Assembly: GCA_963841915.1 (NCBI GenBank)
Contig: CAWJEN010000005.1
Span: 896,001 to 960,000, forward strand
Length of the DNA stretch: 64,000 nt
Direction of reading: 5' to 3'
Source of the DNA: an uncultured Planctomycetota bacterium
GTDB taxonomy: Bacteria; Planctomycetota; Phycisphaerae; Tepidisphaerales; Tepidisphaeraceae
Made by a program: the position numbers and the translations under genes. Positions 20,815 through 30,642 of the stretch are shown piece by piece (the first letter of the stretch is position 1; every line of letters starts with the position of its first letter). Under the pieces are notes generated by a model that was not told where the DNA came from, searched no databases, and was given only the letters and a program-made list of their open reading frames with translations.

Positions 20815-21435
20815 ATGATCTTAGCGCTCTACATGGAGATCGCGAACGACGAGCCTTGCATCGATCCGCCGCCGGTGTTGCCACGCGTTGCCGCGGGTGA
20901 CGCGGCGGCGGTGTCTGCGTGCATCGAGCGGTACGGCGGGCTCGTCTGGTCCGTGACGCGTCAGACGTGCGCCTGCGACGCCGACGCTGAAGACGTGACG
21001 CAGGAGACGTTTCTAAGCCTGTGGCGGTCGGCCGATCAATTCGACGCAAGCCTGGGCAGCGAGGCTGCGTTCGTGGCAACGATCGCGCGGCGGCGCCTGG
21101 CCGATTACCTGCGTCGCAAGCCGAAGGTGACGTTCGATGTGACGGCGACGCTGGACGGCCCGACGTCGGCCGACATGCCGTTGGACGACGAGGCCGACGC
21201 CGCCCGCCAAGCGCTTGCCGGCTTGGGTGATCCGCAGCGGCATGTGGTGAATCTGAGCATTTTCGGCGGGCTCAGTTATGCCGAGATCGGCCGCCGACTT
21301 GGCATGCCGGCCTCGACGGCCAAGAGTCACGCGGCCCGAGCAATGGCGTCGCTTCGGGACCGACTCGACAGGCGGCGCGAGGCGATCCGCGTCCGCCGCC
21401 AGCAGTACCGCCTCCGGATGGAGGATCAGCGATGA
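20815..21435 (+). CDS. ECF sigma factor (SigK-like)
   Basis: DAEDVTQETFLSLWR, IARRR and GLSYAEIGRRLG...STAKS (regions 2 and 4). Confidence 0.9.
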   Translation: MILALYMEIANDEPCIDPPPVLPRVAAGDAAAVSACIERYGGLVWSVTRQTCACDADAEDVTQETFLSLWRSADQFDASLGSEAAFVATIARRRLADYLRRKPKVTFDVTATLDGPTSADMPLDDEADAARQALAGLGDPQRHVVNLSIFGGLSYAEIGRRLGMPASTAKSHAARAMASLRDRLDRRREAIRVRRQQYRLRMEDQR

Positions 21436-22079
21436 TGGACCCCCACGACGAGCACGAGACGCAGCCGACTGACGAATCCGTCGTCGCGGCCTGGCGTGCT
21501 GCCGAGTCGCAGACGCTACCGGCGTTGTTGCGTGGGACGCTGCAGCGCGATGCGGACGCCTTCTTCAAGCAGGAATCGGCGCGGCCGACGATGCGGATCG
21601 GTTTGGCGACCTGGTCGGGCTGGCTCGCTGCGGCCGCGGCGGCGCTGGTGGCGGTTGGGCTTTGGGTGACACGCCCGGATGCCGATTCGTCGCCGACGCT
21701 TGACCAACTTAAGGCAACTCGGACAGCTCAAGCCGTTTCTCTACAGCCGGTCGGTTCCGACACCAAGGCGAAGGCTGAAGCGATTTTTGACGGCAATTTG
21801 CAGCAAGGAATCTTGACGCTTCAGGATCTAGCGCCGGCACCGCCTGGAGAGACATATCAGCTTTGGATCATCGACGGCACCAGGGACGAGGCGGACGGCG
21901 GCAATCGGGTTGATGGCGGCACATTTGATGTGGAAGGCAACACTGCAGAGGTGCCGTTCATGCCGCGTCTGCCTGTGGGACGCGCGACGGGCTTTGCGGT
22001 GACGCTCGAACCGTCTAAAGGCAGTGTCGTCAGCCCACTGGGCGACCGATTGATTTTGATCGGAACGACAGCGGGTTGA
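21432..22079 (+). CDS. anti-sigma factor (RskA-like)
   Basis: Single TM helix; YQLWII...GFAVTLEPSKGS; 4-nt overlap with the sigma gene. Confidence 0.85.
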   Translation: MMDPHDEHETQPTDESVVAAWRAAESQTLPALLRGTLQRDADAFFKQESARPTMRIGLATWSGWLAAAAAALVAVGLWVTRPDADSSPTLDQLKATRTAQAVSLQPVGSDTKAKAEAIFDGNLQQGILTLQDLAPAPPGETYQLWIIDGTRDEADGGNRVDGGTFDVEGNTAEVPFMPRLPVGRATGFAVTLEPSKGSVVSPLGDRLILIGTTAG

Positions 22080-22228
22080 TCGATCGGTTCCGGTGCAAGT
22101 CGAACAAGCAGGTGAGGCAGCTTCTTGCTTAATGAGTTTTCCTGACAAAGTGCCTAGCAGTCACATCGGCAACTACTTATGCTGAGGTAGTCGGCTATGG
22201 CCGAGCACCAGGTTCCTTCGGCACTGCC

Positions 22229-22522
22229 ATGAACGCCCAGCGGTTTTACCTCTACATTTCGGGTGATTCAGCCAACAGCCGGCGTGCACGGGCGAACGTG
22301 GACAAGCTCTGCGACATGATTCCTGGTGGATGTGATATAGAGATCGTTGATGTTCGGGCCGATCCCGGTGCGGCAGAGGCGGCACGTGTCATCGCAACAC
22401 CGATGCTCGTCAGCCGAACCGACAAGCGGCCGCGGCGGGTGGTCGGAGATCTGTCTAACCTGCAGCAGGTGATGGCCTATCTTGGTCTCGCCGTCACGGA
22501 TGACCACGGACATTCTGCCTAG
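22229..22522 (+). CDS. kaiB: circadian clock KaiB-family protein
   Basis: LYISGDSANSRRA...IEIVDV...P...VIATPML...RRVVGDLS. Confidence 0.9.
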   Translation: MNAQRFYLYISGDSANSRRARANVDKLCDMIPGGCDIEIVDVRADPGAAEAARVIATPMLVSRTDKRPRRVVGDLSNLQQVMAYLGLAVTDDHGHSA

Positions 22523-22535
22523 GAAGTGAAAGCGC

Positions 22536-24149
22536 ATGAGCGGCGAAGATACTGAACCCAATCAACCTGGCACAGGCAAGAGTGATGCGACTGCTGGGTC
22601 CATCGAGGAAGCAACCACTGACTTCTACAACGGCCTGCCGACTGACGGTGTCCTGCCACCGTTCGAGAAGGTAGCCACGGGTGTGCATGGACTCGATGCC
22701 TTGTGTCACGGTGGATTTCCGAAGGACCGGGCAACCCTCGTCGCCGGCACCAGTGGCAGCGGCAAGACGATTCTTGCCGTCCAGTTTCTGGCAGAAGCCG
22801 TCAAAAACGGCTCCGGTGGCGTTTTCGTCACCTTCGAAGAGCAACCCGACGATTTGCGTCGCAACGTGCTCGGCCTCGGCTGGGACATCGCCGCTTGGGA
22901 AAAGGCTGGAAAGTTTGCATTCGTCAACGCTTCACCAGTGCCGGATCAGGATGTCGTGGTCGGCGACTACGACCTCGACGCGTTGCTCGACCGTATCTGC
23001 CACGCCGTGTCGACCATCGGCTGTGATCGCGTCGCCCTCGACAGCCTCAGCGGCCTGTACGGCCAAGGCTTTGGCACAGCCGGCAAGCTTCGCTACGAGC
23101 TGTTCCGACTGATCCGCCAACTCAAAGACCGTGGGCTCACGGTGCTCATGACAGTCGAAAGGCCTCGAGACCAGAGCGGTGCCGGCTCGCAAACGGTCGA
23201 TGAATTCGTCAGTGACACGGTGATCCTGCTCCGTAACAACCTCGCACGCGAACGCCGCCGTCGGACCTTGGAGATTCTCAAGTTCCGCGGCAGCGACCAC
23301 CGCGAAGGGGAATCGCCATTTACCATCGATCCACGACGCGGCATCGTCACGACGCCGCTGTCGTCTTTGCAGTTGACGCAGAACAGCAGCAACAACCGCG
23401 TGACCAGTGGTAGTGAAGAGCTCGACAAGATGTGCGGCGGTGGATTCTTCCGCGACAGCGTCATCCTCGTCAGTGGACCGACTGGCACGGGTAAGACGAT
23501 GCTCTGCAGCCACTTTGTTGGCAACGTAGAGCCCGAGGGACGCTCGCTGTTGCTGGCGTTCGAAGAAAGCCGCGAACAGCTGTTCCGCAACGCGGCGAGC
23601 TTCGGCATCAATCTCGAAGAACTCGAGAAGTCGGGTCGTCTCAAGGTCGTGTGTCAGTATCCCGAGGCCCAGGACTTGCAGTCGCACTTGCTGCAGATCA
23701 GTGACCTTGTCCGCGAGTTCAAGCCGACGCGAGTCGCAATCGATTCGCTGTCCGCACTTGAGCGCGTCGGTAGCGACGCCTACTTCCGCGAGTTCCTCAT
23801 CGGCCTGACCAGCTTGATGAAGCGGCACGAAGTGGCCACGCTTTCGACCAGTACCAGCCGAAATCTTGTCGGTGCCCGCAGCGTCAGCGAGCAGCACATC
23901 AGCACGCTGACCGACTCGATCATCCTGCTCCGCTACGTGGAGTACAACGGCAAGATCGAACGAGGCATCATGGTGCTGAAGATGCGTGGCAGCAGTCACG
24001 CACAGAGCATTCGGCGATTTGAGATTGGGGCTGAGGGAATGCGAATTGGCTCCAAATTTGAAGGTCTCGGCGGTATCCTCGCAGGCCAGGCACGCGAGGT
24101 CGATCCCAGGCCTGAAGAAGACGCACCTCAACCAAAGCCGCTCGCATAA
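22536..24149 (+). CDS. kaiC: circadian clock protein KaiC (double ATPase domain)
   Basis: Two Walker A motifs (GTSGSGKT, GPTGTGKT), TFEE and AFEES, HISTLTDSIILLRYVE, KMRGSSH. Confidence 0.95.
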   Translation: MSGEDTEPNQPGTGKSDATAGSIEEATTDFYNGLPTDGVLPPFEKVATGVHGLDALCHGGFPKDRATLVAGTSGSGKTILAVQFLAEAVKNGSGGVFVTFEEQPDDLRRNVLGLGWDIAAWEKAGKFAFVNASPVPDQDVVVGDYDLDALLDRICHAVSTIGCDRVALDSLSGLYGQGFGTAGKLRYELFRLIRQLKDRGLTVLMTVERPRDQSGAGSQTVDEFVSDTVILLRNNLARERRRRTLEILKFRGSDHREGESPFTIDPRRGIVTTPLSSLQLTQNSSNNRVTSGSEELDKMCGGGFFRDSVILVSGPTGTGKTMLCSHFVGNVEPEGRSLLLAFEESREQLFRNAASFGINLEELEKSGRLKVVCQYPEAQDLQSHLLQISDLVREFKPTRVAIDSLSALERVGSDAYFREFLIGLTSLMKRHEVATLSTSTSRNLVGARSVSEQHISTLTDSIILLRYVEYNGKIERGIMVLKMRGSSHAQSIRRFEIGAEGMRIGSKFEGLGGILAGQAREVDPRPEEDAPQPKPLA

Positions 24150-24173
24150 ACGCTTCTCACCTCTCATAAATCG

Positions 24174-26006
24174 TTGGGTAACACGGACGTTTCCAACCTC
24201 CTTCGGCCGCGACTTGGCGAGCTGATCGATCGCAGCGCCGACGGCATGATCCTCGTCGACGGCGAGGGCGTGGTTTCGTTCGCCAACAAGGCTGCGACGG
24301 CCATGTTCGGCCGCAACGACGTTGCCGACATCGTCGGCAGCGAGCTGGGTGTTCCCATGTTCGCTGGAGAAACGACCGAGCTCGAGCTTGTCCGTCCCGA
24401 CGGCAAGCCCATTTGGGTCGAGCTGCGGACCGTCGACGCCCGCGAATTCGGCGAAGGTGCGACGCTGGCCACGCTGCGCGACGTCACCGAACGTCGGGCC
24501 GCCGAAAAGCAGCTGGCTGACAGTGAAGGCCGCTACCGGTTGCTCGCCGACAACACGTCCGATCTCATCAGTCGTCACCGCAGCGGCGGTCGCTTTGCCT
24601 ACGCATCGGCCAGCGCACGACGGCTCATCGGCCGAGACGACGAGATGTTGCGCGACGTCCCGCTGACCGACCTCACGCACGACGACGACCGTGAACGTGT
24701 TGCAGAGCTCTTTTCGGCAACCTCTTCGCAGCCTCGACGAGACACCTACCGCATCCGCCACGCCGAGGGTCACTTCATCTGGGCCGAAACAACATGCCGC
24801 CACGTGCCCGGCACCGATGACGACGGCGAAGCCCAGTGGGTAGCCGTGACCCGCGACGTGACGAAGCAACGTGAGCTCGAGTCGCAGCTGCAGCACGCCC
24901 AGAAGATGGAAGCCGTCGGCCGCCTCGCCGGTGGTGTCGCGCACGATTTCAACAATCTGCTCACGGTCATCACCGGCTACTGCGAGCTCCTGCTTGAACG
25001 TGAACGGCTGTCTCACACAACGCAATCGGGGGAGCTTCGGGAGATCAGGCGCGCAGCCGAAGGAGCGTTCACACTCACGAAGCAGTTGCTGAGCTTTGCC
25101 CGTCAGCACCAGGCCAGGCCCAAGACGCTTGACCTCAACAAGTTGATCGAACGGATGTTCCCACTGCTCAAGGCGCACGTGGGCGAGGCGGTGGAGATCG
25201 ACTTCATTCGCGAGCAGGTTTCGCCGCTGAACGTGCACCTCGACGCGAACCTGTTTGAGCAGGTCGTGGTGAATCTCGTGGTTAACGCACGCGATGCGAT
25301 GGCGGGAGCCGGGCACCTCACGCTGCAAACCAAGGCCGGCGACGGCGTGGCGACGCTCGACGTGTCCGACACCGGAAGCGGCATGGGACACGAGGTTCGC
25401 GACCGCATCTTCGAGCCGTTCTTCACGACCAAAGGTGTCGACGAAGGGACCGGCCTCGGTTTGTCCACCGCCTTCGGCATCATCAAGCAGAGCGGCGGCA
25501 ACATCAGCGTCGAGAGTGAGGTCGGTCAAGGCACGACCTTCAGCGTCGAGTTGCCGCTGGCCAAGACGCCGATCGATGAGAGCGTCGCAAGCTCGATGCC
25601 GTCCGTATGTAATCGCCCGGCGTCTCGCGGCAGGGTGCTGCTGGTTGAGGATCAAGCCATGCTGCGACGTTTGCTGCGTCGTGTCATTTCGGCAGCAGGC
25701 TTCGAAGCCGTTGCCGCCGAGGGGCCGCGTGAGGCACTGTCGCTGGTAGATGATCTGCTGCCAGGTGCATCGTTTGATGTCCTGCTGACCGACGTCGTCA
25801 TGCCGGAAATGAAGGGCCCGGAACTTGCGGCCCGGATCGTCAGCCAACATCCGAAGATGCCGGTGATCTACATGAGCGGCTACACCGATGGCGAGGTCGC
25901 CAGTGCGAAGAATCGACCGAAGGGCGAGTTCCACTTTCTGCAGAAGCCGTTTACGCCTGAGCAGCTCGTCGATCTGCTCATCCGTGTCGCCAACGCTGAT
26001 CAGTAA
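24174..26006 (+). CDS. PAS-PAS hybrid histidine kinase with receiver domain
   Basis: [44 protein letters not shown] motifs LLVED, TDVVMP, QKPF. TTG start uncertain. Confidence 0.93.
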   Translation: MGNTDVSNLLRPRLGELIDRSADGMILVDGEGVVSFANKAATAMFGRNDVADIVGSELGVPMFAGETTELELVRPDGKPIWVELRTVDAREFGEGATLATLRDVTERRAAEKQLADSEGRYRLLADNTSDLISRHRSGGRFAYASASARRLIGRDDEMLRDVPLTDLTHDDDRERVAELFSATSSQPRRDTYRIRHAEGHFIWAETTCRHVPGTDDDGEAQWVAVTRDVTKQRELESQLQHAQKMEAVGRLAGGVAHDFNNLLTVITGYCELLLERERLSHTTQSGELREIRRAAEGAFTLTKQLLSFARQHQARPKTLDLNKLIERMFPLLKAHVGEAVEIDFIREQVSPLNVHLDANLFEQVVVNLVVNARDAMAGAGHLTLQTKAGDGVATLDVSDTGSGMGHEVRDRIFEPFFTTKGVDEGTGLGLSTAFGIIKQSGGNISVESEVGQGTTFSVELPLAKTPIDESVASSMPSVCNRPASRGRVLLVEDQAMLRRLLRRVISAAGFEAVAAEGPREALSLVDDLLPGASFDVLLTDVVMPEMKGPELAARIVSQHPKMPVIYMSGYTDGEVASAKNRPKGEFHFLQKPFTPEQLVDLLIRVANADQ

Positions 26007-26032
26007 GTTGGCAAAGGCGGATACGCTGGCCC

Positions 26033-26824
26033 GTGCCACGCCGTCCACAGAACCAAACTTCCCGCAAAACCGACTGGCAGCCCGTAGCCGACTGGTACGA
26101 CGAACTTGTCGGCGACGACGGCGGCGAGTTTCATCGCGAGGTGGTCCTACCAGGCACCGTCCGCCTGCTCGGCGGCGAAGCCATTTGCGACCGAAGCGTG
26201 CTCGACGTCGCCTGCGGGCAGGGCGTGCTGTGTCGACGACTAACGGAGCTAGGCGCCTGCACGCTTGGCGTTGATGCCGCGCCTGCACTGGTCGAGCGGG
26301 CCAGGCAACGCAGTGAGGGAGACTACCGCGTGGCCGACGCGCGTGACCTGAGCTTTCTCGAGCACGCAAGCTTCGACGCAGCCGCGTGCCTCCTGGCGGT
26401 GGCGAACATTCATCCGATTCGACCGGTATTTGAAGGTGTTGCCAACGCACTCGTCGACGGCGGTCAGTTCGTCATGGTCACGAATCACCCGGCGTTCCGC
26501 GGTGCCAAGGAGACGCATTGGGGTTGGGATGATGCGTCTGCCACGCAATACCGCCGCGTCGACCGCTACCTGTCGCCGCGGAAGAGCCCGATCGTGACAC
26601 ACCCCGGCGACATCGACCGGGGCTACACGTGGACCTTCCATCGCCCGATCGGCCACTACGTCAAGGCACTTCGCCAGGCTGGCCTGCTCGTCGACGCACT
26701 CGAAGAATGGCCTAGCCACAAAACCAGCGGCCCGGGCCCGCGGCAAAAGGCAGAAAACATCGCCCGCAAAGAGATCCCGATGTTCCTCGCCATTCGCGCG
26801 ATCAAGATCGCCGGGCTCACCTGA
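26033..26824 (+). CDS. class I SAM-dependent methyltransferase
   Basis: VLDVACGQG motif I. Confidence 0.85.
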   Translation: MPRRPQNQTSRKTDWQPVADWYDELVGDDGGEFHREVVLPGTVRLLGGEAICDRSVLDVACGQGVLCRRLTELGACTLGVDAAPALVERARQRSEGDYRVADARDLSFLEHASFDAAACLLAVANIHPIRPVFEGVANALVDGGQFVMVTNHPAFRGAKETHWGWDDASATQYRRVDRYLSPRKSPIVTHPGDIDRGYTWTFHRPIGHYVKALRQAGLLVDALEEWPSHKTSGPGPRQKAENIARKEIPMFLAIRAIKIAGLT

Positions 26825-26827
26825 GCC

Positions 26828-27769
26828 TTATGCCGCCTGCGGGTGATCGTCCGGCACAATCGACAAGTCGGCCGCGGCGGCGTTGGACTCGACTTGCCCG
26901 ACGTTCTTGACGCCCGGAATGACACACGTGACCGCCGGGTGCTTCAAGCACCATGCAAGCGCCCACGTCGCCATCGAGACCTTTGCAGCGTCGACCTGCT
27001 GTTCGTACTCTTCATGCTTGATCTGCTCGGCCAAGCGAAGCTGCTCGTCGCTCTTCTCCTGCCCGTGGCGGCCGCGGACCTCTTCCTTGTCGAAGTGGTG
27101 GCCAGGCTTGTACTTGCCGGACAAGTAACCGCTGGCCAAAGGCACACGCGCCAGCACACCCAGGTTTTGCTCGCGGCAGACGTCAAACACCTCTTGTTCA
27201 GGCGTCGTGTCGAGCCGGTTGTAGATGATCTGAATCGCCTCGACGTTGCGGTCCTTGCTGGCGGCAACCTGCTTCACGTTTGCGTTGGAGCCGACGGAGT
27301 TGGCGATGTGGCGGAACTTTCCTTCATCCTTGAGTTTGTCCAGCTCAGCCAGCACGTCGTCGTCGAAGAACGTGTCGTCGCCCCACGAGTGGTATTGCTG
27401 CACATCGACGTAATCGGTGCGCAACGCCTTCAGCGAGGCCTCGGTCTGCTCGCGAACGTCGCCCGGCTTTCGCGGCTCCGTGCGGTCGAAGTTGCCGTGG
27501 AACTTGTGGCCGAACTTGGTGGCGATGATCCAGTCGTCGCGTTGGCCGCTCAGGTCGCGAAGGGCGTCGCCGATGAGGCTTTCGCTGAGGTGGTCGCCGT
27601 AACACTCGGCCGTGTCGATGAGGTTGATGCCAAGCTCTTTGCCGCGGCGGAACATGGCGACGACATCGCTGACGGCCGGCGTGTTGCCCCATTCTCCGCC
27701 GAACTGCCAGGTGCCCAGTCCGACAACGCTGACACGCAAGTTCGTAGATCCGAGGGTGCGATACTTCAT
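26828..27769 (-). CDS. aldo/keto reductase
   Basis: GLGTWQFGG, DTAECYG, IATKFG, PLASG, VIPG. Confidence 0.92.
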   Translation of the reverse strand: MKYRTLGSTNLRVSVVGLGTWQFGGEWGNTPAVSDVVAMFRRGKELGINLIDTAECYGDHLSESLIGDALRDLSGQRDDWIIATKFGHKFHGNFDRTEPRKPGDVREQTEASLKALRTDYVDVQQYHSWGDDTFFDDDVLAELDKLKDEGKFRHIANSVGSNANVKQVAASKDRNVEAIQIIYNRLDTTPEQEVFDVCREQNLGVLARVPLASGYLSGKYKPGHHFDKEEVRGRHGQEKSDEQLRLAEQIKHEEYEQQVDAAKVSMATWALAWCLKHPAVTCVIPGVKNVGQVESNAAAADLSIVPDDHPQAA

Positions 27770-27791
27770 GCACAAGCGTAAGACATGCATT

Positions 27792-28607
27792 ATGTCCAAG
27801 CGCACCCGCGGCGACAAAGCGAGTCGGCGATATCACAATCGTGTCGCCAAAAAGTACGACGACATCTACGACGACGACTACTGGCGCTTCCACGACGCAG
27901 TCACGTGGGAACGCGTCAAGCCGCACCTTCCGACCGATGCGGCCGCTCGCTGCCTCGACCTCGGCTGCGGTACCGGAAAGTGGGGCCTGAAGCTCGCCAA
28001 GAGCGGCTACGACGTCACCTTCGTCGACCATTCACCGGCCATGGTTGGCGAAGTGCGCGGCAAGATCGACGAGTCGGCCAAGCTCGCCGGTTGCGACGCG
28101 CACGAGGCCGACATCATCGACATGCCGATGCTCGAGACGAGTCGCTACGCGCTCACATTGGCGATGGGAGACCCGCTCAGTATCTGCAGCGACCCGCAAC
28201 GCGCGGCTAACGAGATGTTCCGGCTTTGCTCGCCGGGCGGTGTCGTCATTGCAACCGCCGACAATCGACTTGCCGCGGCGGATAGCTACCTGGAGCGCGG
28301 CGACCTCGACGCGATGGAGCACGTGCTCAAGACCGGCCGCACGCAATGGGTAACGGCCCAGAAGTCGGAGCAGTTCGACCTGCACACGTTCACGCCTGAC
28401 GGCCTGCGGCGGCTCTTCGAACGCAGCGGCTTCGTCGTCCGCAGCGTGCAGGGAAAGACGATCCTGCCGATCCGCAAGGTGCGCGAACAGCTGGCCGAAA
28501 CGGAGACATATCGGCGACTGCTCAAGGCTGAGCTCTTGCTGTCGGCCGACCCGTTGCACGCTGCTCGCGCGGGGCACTTGCAGATCATCGCAACGAGGCC
28601 GACATGA
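27792..28607 (+). CDS. class I SAM-dependent methyltransferase
   Basis: LDLGCGTGKW motif I. Confidence 0.85.
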   Translation: MSKRTRGDKASRRYHNRVAKKYDDIYDDDYWRFHDAVTWERVKPHLPTDAAARCLDLGCGTGKWGLKLAKSGYDVTFVDHSPAMVGEVRGKIDESAKLAGCDAHEADIIDMPMLETSRYALTLAMGDPLSICSDPQRAANEMFRLCSPGGVVIATADNRLAAADSYLERGDLDAMEHVLKTGRTQWVTAQKSEQFDLHTFTPDGLRRLFERSGFVVRSVQGKTILPIRKVREQLAETETYRRLLKAELLLSADPLHAARAGHLQIIATRPT

Positions 28608-29317
28608 AGAGCGACATCGCGTATTGGGGTGACGATCCGCCGAACGATCATGCAGCCGAGGTGTGTCGGCTGGACCTGTGGGCTCCGCCGGGCGAAGCGT
28701 CGGCAACGATCGTTCACTTCCACGGCGGCGGCATGGAGGGCGGCGAACGGGAAGTGCCCGAATGCCTCAAAGCTGCTGGCTTTGCCGTCGCGACGGCGGA
28801 TTACCGCCTGACGCCACGGGCGACGACGCCGCAGTTCGTCGAAGACGCGGCCGCAGCGACGGCTTGGGTGATGAAGAATGTCTCGCAGCGCGTCGTGCTC
28901 GTAGGCATCTCGGCAGGTGCGTATCTGGCGGCGATGATCACGCTCGACCGCCGATGGCTCACCGCCCACGACGCGACGCCGGACGATATCGTCGGCCTCG
29001 CCTCGCTCAGCGGGCAGATGATCACGCACTTCGCGATCCGCCGCGAACGCGGTATCGCTGGCGAGCAGGCGGTCGTTGACGACCTCGCGCCGCTGTACCA
29101 CGTCCGAGCTGATGCGCCTCCAATGTTGCTGATGACGGGCGACCGTGAGCTTGAACTGCTGGGTCGGTACGAAGAGACGGCTTACATGCGCCGCATGATG
29201 CTCGTCGCCGGCCATCGCGACTGCGAGCTGATCGAGATGCCCGGCTACGACCACGGCGGCATGGTCGAGCCGTCGTGGCCGATGGTGATCCAGAGCATTT
29301 GCCGTTGGACGAGCTGA
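28604..29317 (+). CDS. alpha/beta hydrolase (esterase/lipase-like)
   Basis: HGGG, DYRL, GISAG nucleophile elbow, terminal HG. Confidence 0.85.
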   Translation: MKSDIAYWGDDPPNDHAAEVCRLDLWAPPGEASATIVHFHGGGMEGGEREVPECLKAAGFAVATADYRLTPRATTPQFVEDAAAATAWVMKNVSQRVVLVGISAGAYLAAMITLDRRWLTAHDATPDDIVGLASLSGQMITHFAIRRERGIAGEQAVVDDLAPLYHVRADAPPMLLMTGDRELELLGRYEETAYMRRMMLVAGHRDCELIEMPGYDHGGMVEPSWPMVIQSICRWTS

Positions 29318-29331
29318 CGTTTACAACGCTG

Positions 29332-30642
29332 TCAGATCATCGGCACGTCGAGAATCTCCCGCAGCTCGTCGAGTGCGGCCTCCGACTCCTCGTACAGCCG
29401 CACGTCGGCCAGCTCCGCTGGCAACAATGAGCCGCGGTAGTGGCGAGATACCCAGTCGATGAGCGTCTCGTGGAGCTGCGGCGTCCAGAAGACGTTGCCG
29501 CGAACGGCTGCCCGTTCGTCGTCGCTGAGGACGACGCGCAGCCGCAGACACGCGGGGCCGCCGCCGTTCTTCATGCTTTGGCGGACATCGACGCGAATGG
29601 CCTGCGTGATCGGGTTGTCCTCGCGGAGGATGCGCTCGATGGCCGCCTTGGCGGTCGGCACAACGTCGCATTCGGCGGGGTAAACGAGAGCCATCGTGTC
29701 GTCGGGCAGCGTCACGAGCTGGCTGTTGAACAAGTAAGATTGCACAGCATCCGCTAGCGGTAGCTCTTCGTCTGTAACCGTGATTCGCGTAAAGCCACTC
29801 ACCGCGTCTGGGAACAGGTTGGCAAACACTTCGTCCCACGGCCACATCGCGTCCCACGCCGCTTCGTGCATGAGAAGTACCGGCCCGTTGCCGACGGCGA
29901 TGACGTCGTTATGAAATGCTCCCGCCTCGCTTGCCTCCGGGCTTTGCTTGACGAGCAGGAACTGTGCGGCCTGCGACGCGGCGTGTAGCCCGACAATCTT
30001 GACGCTTGACGCCTCGAGCTGCCGCGGCTTGAACCTGCGGCCGCTCAGGTCGTCGTAGCTGGTTCGGCCGTAGGTAAAGATTTCGAGTCCCGCCGACGCA
30101 TGGGCGTTGCACAGCCGCGTGTGATTCGCCGCGCCTTCGTCCGGCAGGGTTGCGGGGAGCGGCGGGTGCACCTTGAAGTACCGCTCATCGCCGAAGAGGT
30201 GCTCGAAGACGGTCAGACGCTCGAGCGATTCGAGTGCGCGATGACGCTGGCTGGCGAGGTTGGCGATCGTGAAGTGACAGCGGCCGTCGGCAGTGTCGGG
30301 GCTTGGCGACACCGTTGCGGCGTTGGCGGCCCACATGGCCGCGGCGCTTGAGGCAATGGCCAGGTCACGCGACTGTGCGTTCTTCAATAGCTCGAAAGGC
30401 TCCGACCCGTAGCCGCACGACCGCAGGTAGCCCAGGTGCGGCCGACGTTGGGGCGGCAGGACCGCCTGCGGCACACCAAGCTCGGCAAGCTGCTTCATCT
30501 TCGCCAACCCTTCCAGCGCTGCCGCCTTGGGATGAGAGACATGGTCCTTCGAGGCCATCGACGCAAGGTTGCCGCTGCCGAGACCGGCAAAATTGTGGGT
30601 CGGGCCGACGATGCCGTCGAAGTTGTATTCGCGGTAGGTCAC
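29332..30642 (-). CDS. astB: N-succinylarginine dihydrolase
   Basis: EYNFDGIVGPTHN, MWAANAATVSPS, DEGAANH, FHNDVI, SMKNGGGPACLRLRV. Confidence 0.95.
   Translation of the reverse strand: MTYREYNFDGIVGPTHNFAGLGSGNLASMASKDHVSHPKAAALEGLAKMKQLAELGVPQAVLPPQRRPHLGYLRSCGYGSEPFELLKNAQSRDLAIASSAAAMWAANAATVSPSPDTADGRCHFTIANLASQRHRALESLERLTVFEHLFGDERYFKVHPPLPATLPDEGAANHTRLCNAHASAGLEIFTYGRTSYDDLSGRRFKPRQLEASSVKIVGLHAASQAAQFLLVKQSPEASEAGAFHNDVIAVGNGPVLLMHEAAWDAMWPWDEVFANLFPDAVSGFTRITVTDEELPLADAVQSYLFNSQLVTLPDDTMALVYPAECDVVPTAKAAIERILREDNPITQAIRVDVRQSMKNGGGPACLRLRVVLSDDERAAVRGNVFWTPQLHETLIDWVSRHYRGSLLPAELADVRLYEESEAALDELREILDVPMI

Noticed and set aside
22932..26450. 1172-aa minus-strand ORF, and similar long antisense ORFs over ilvD, rny, thiC and top6B
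   Set aside because: Shadow frames of high-GC genes; they carry no motifs and the opposite strand has clear family signatures.
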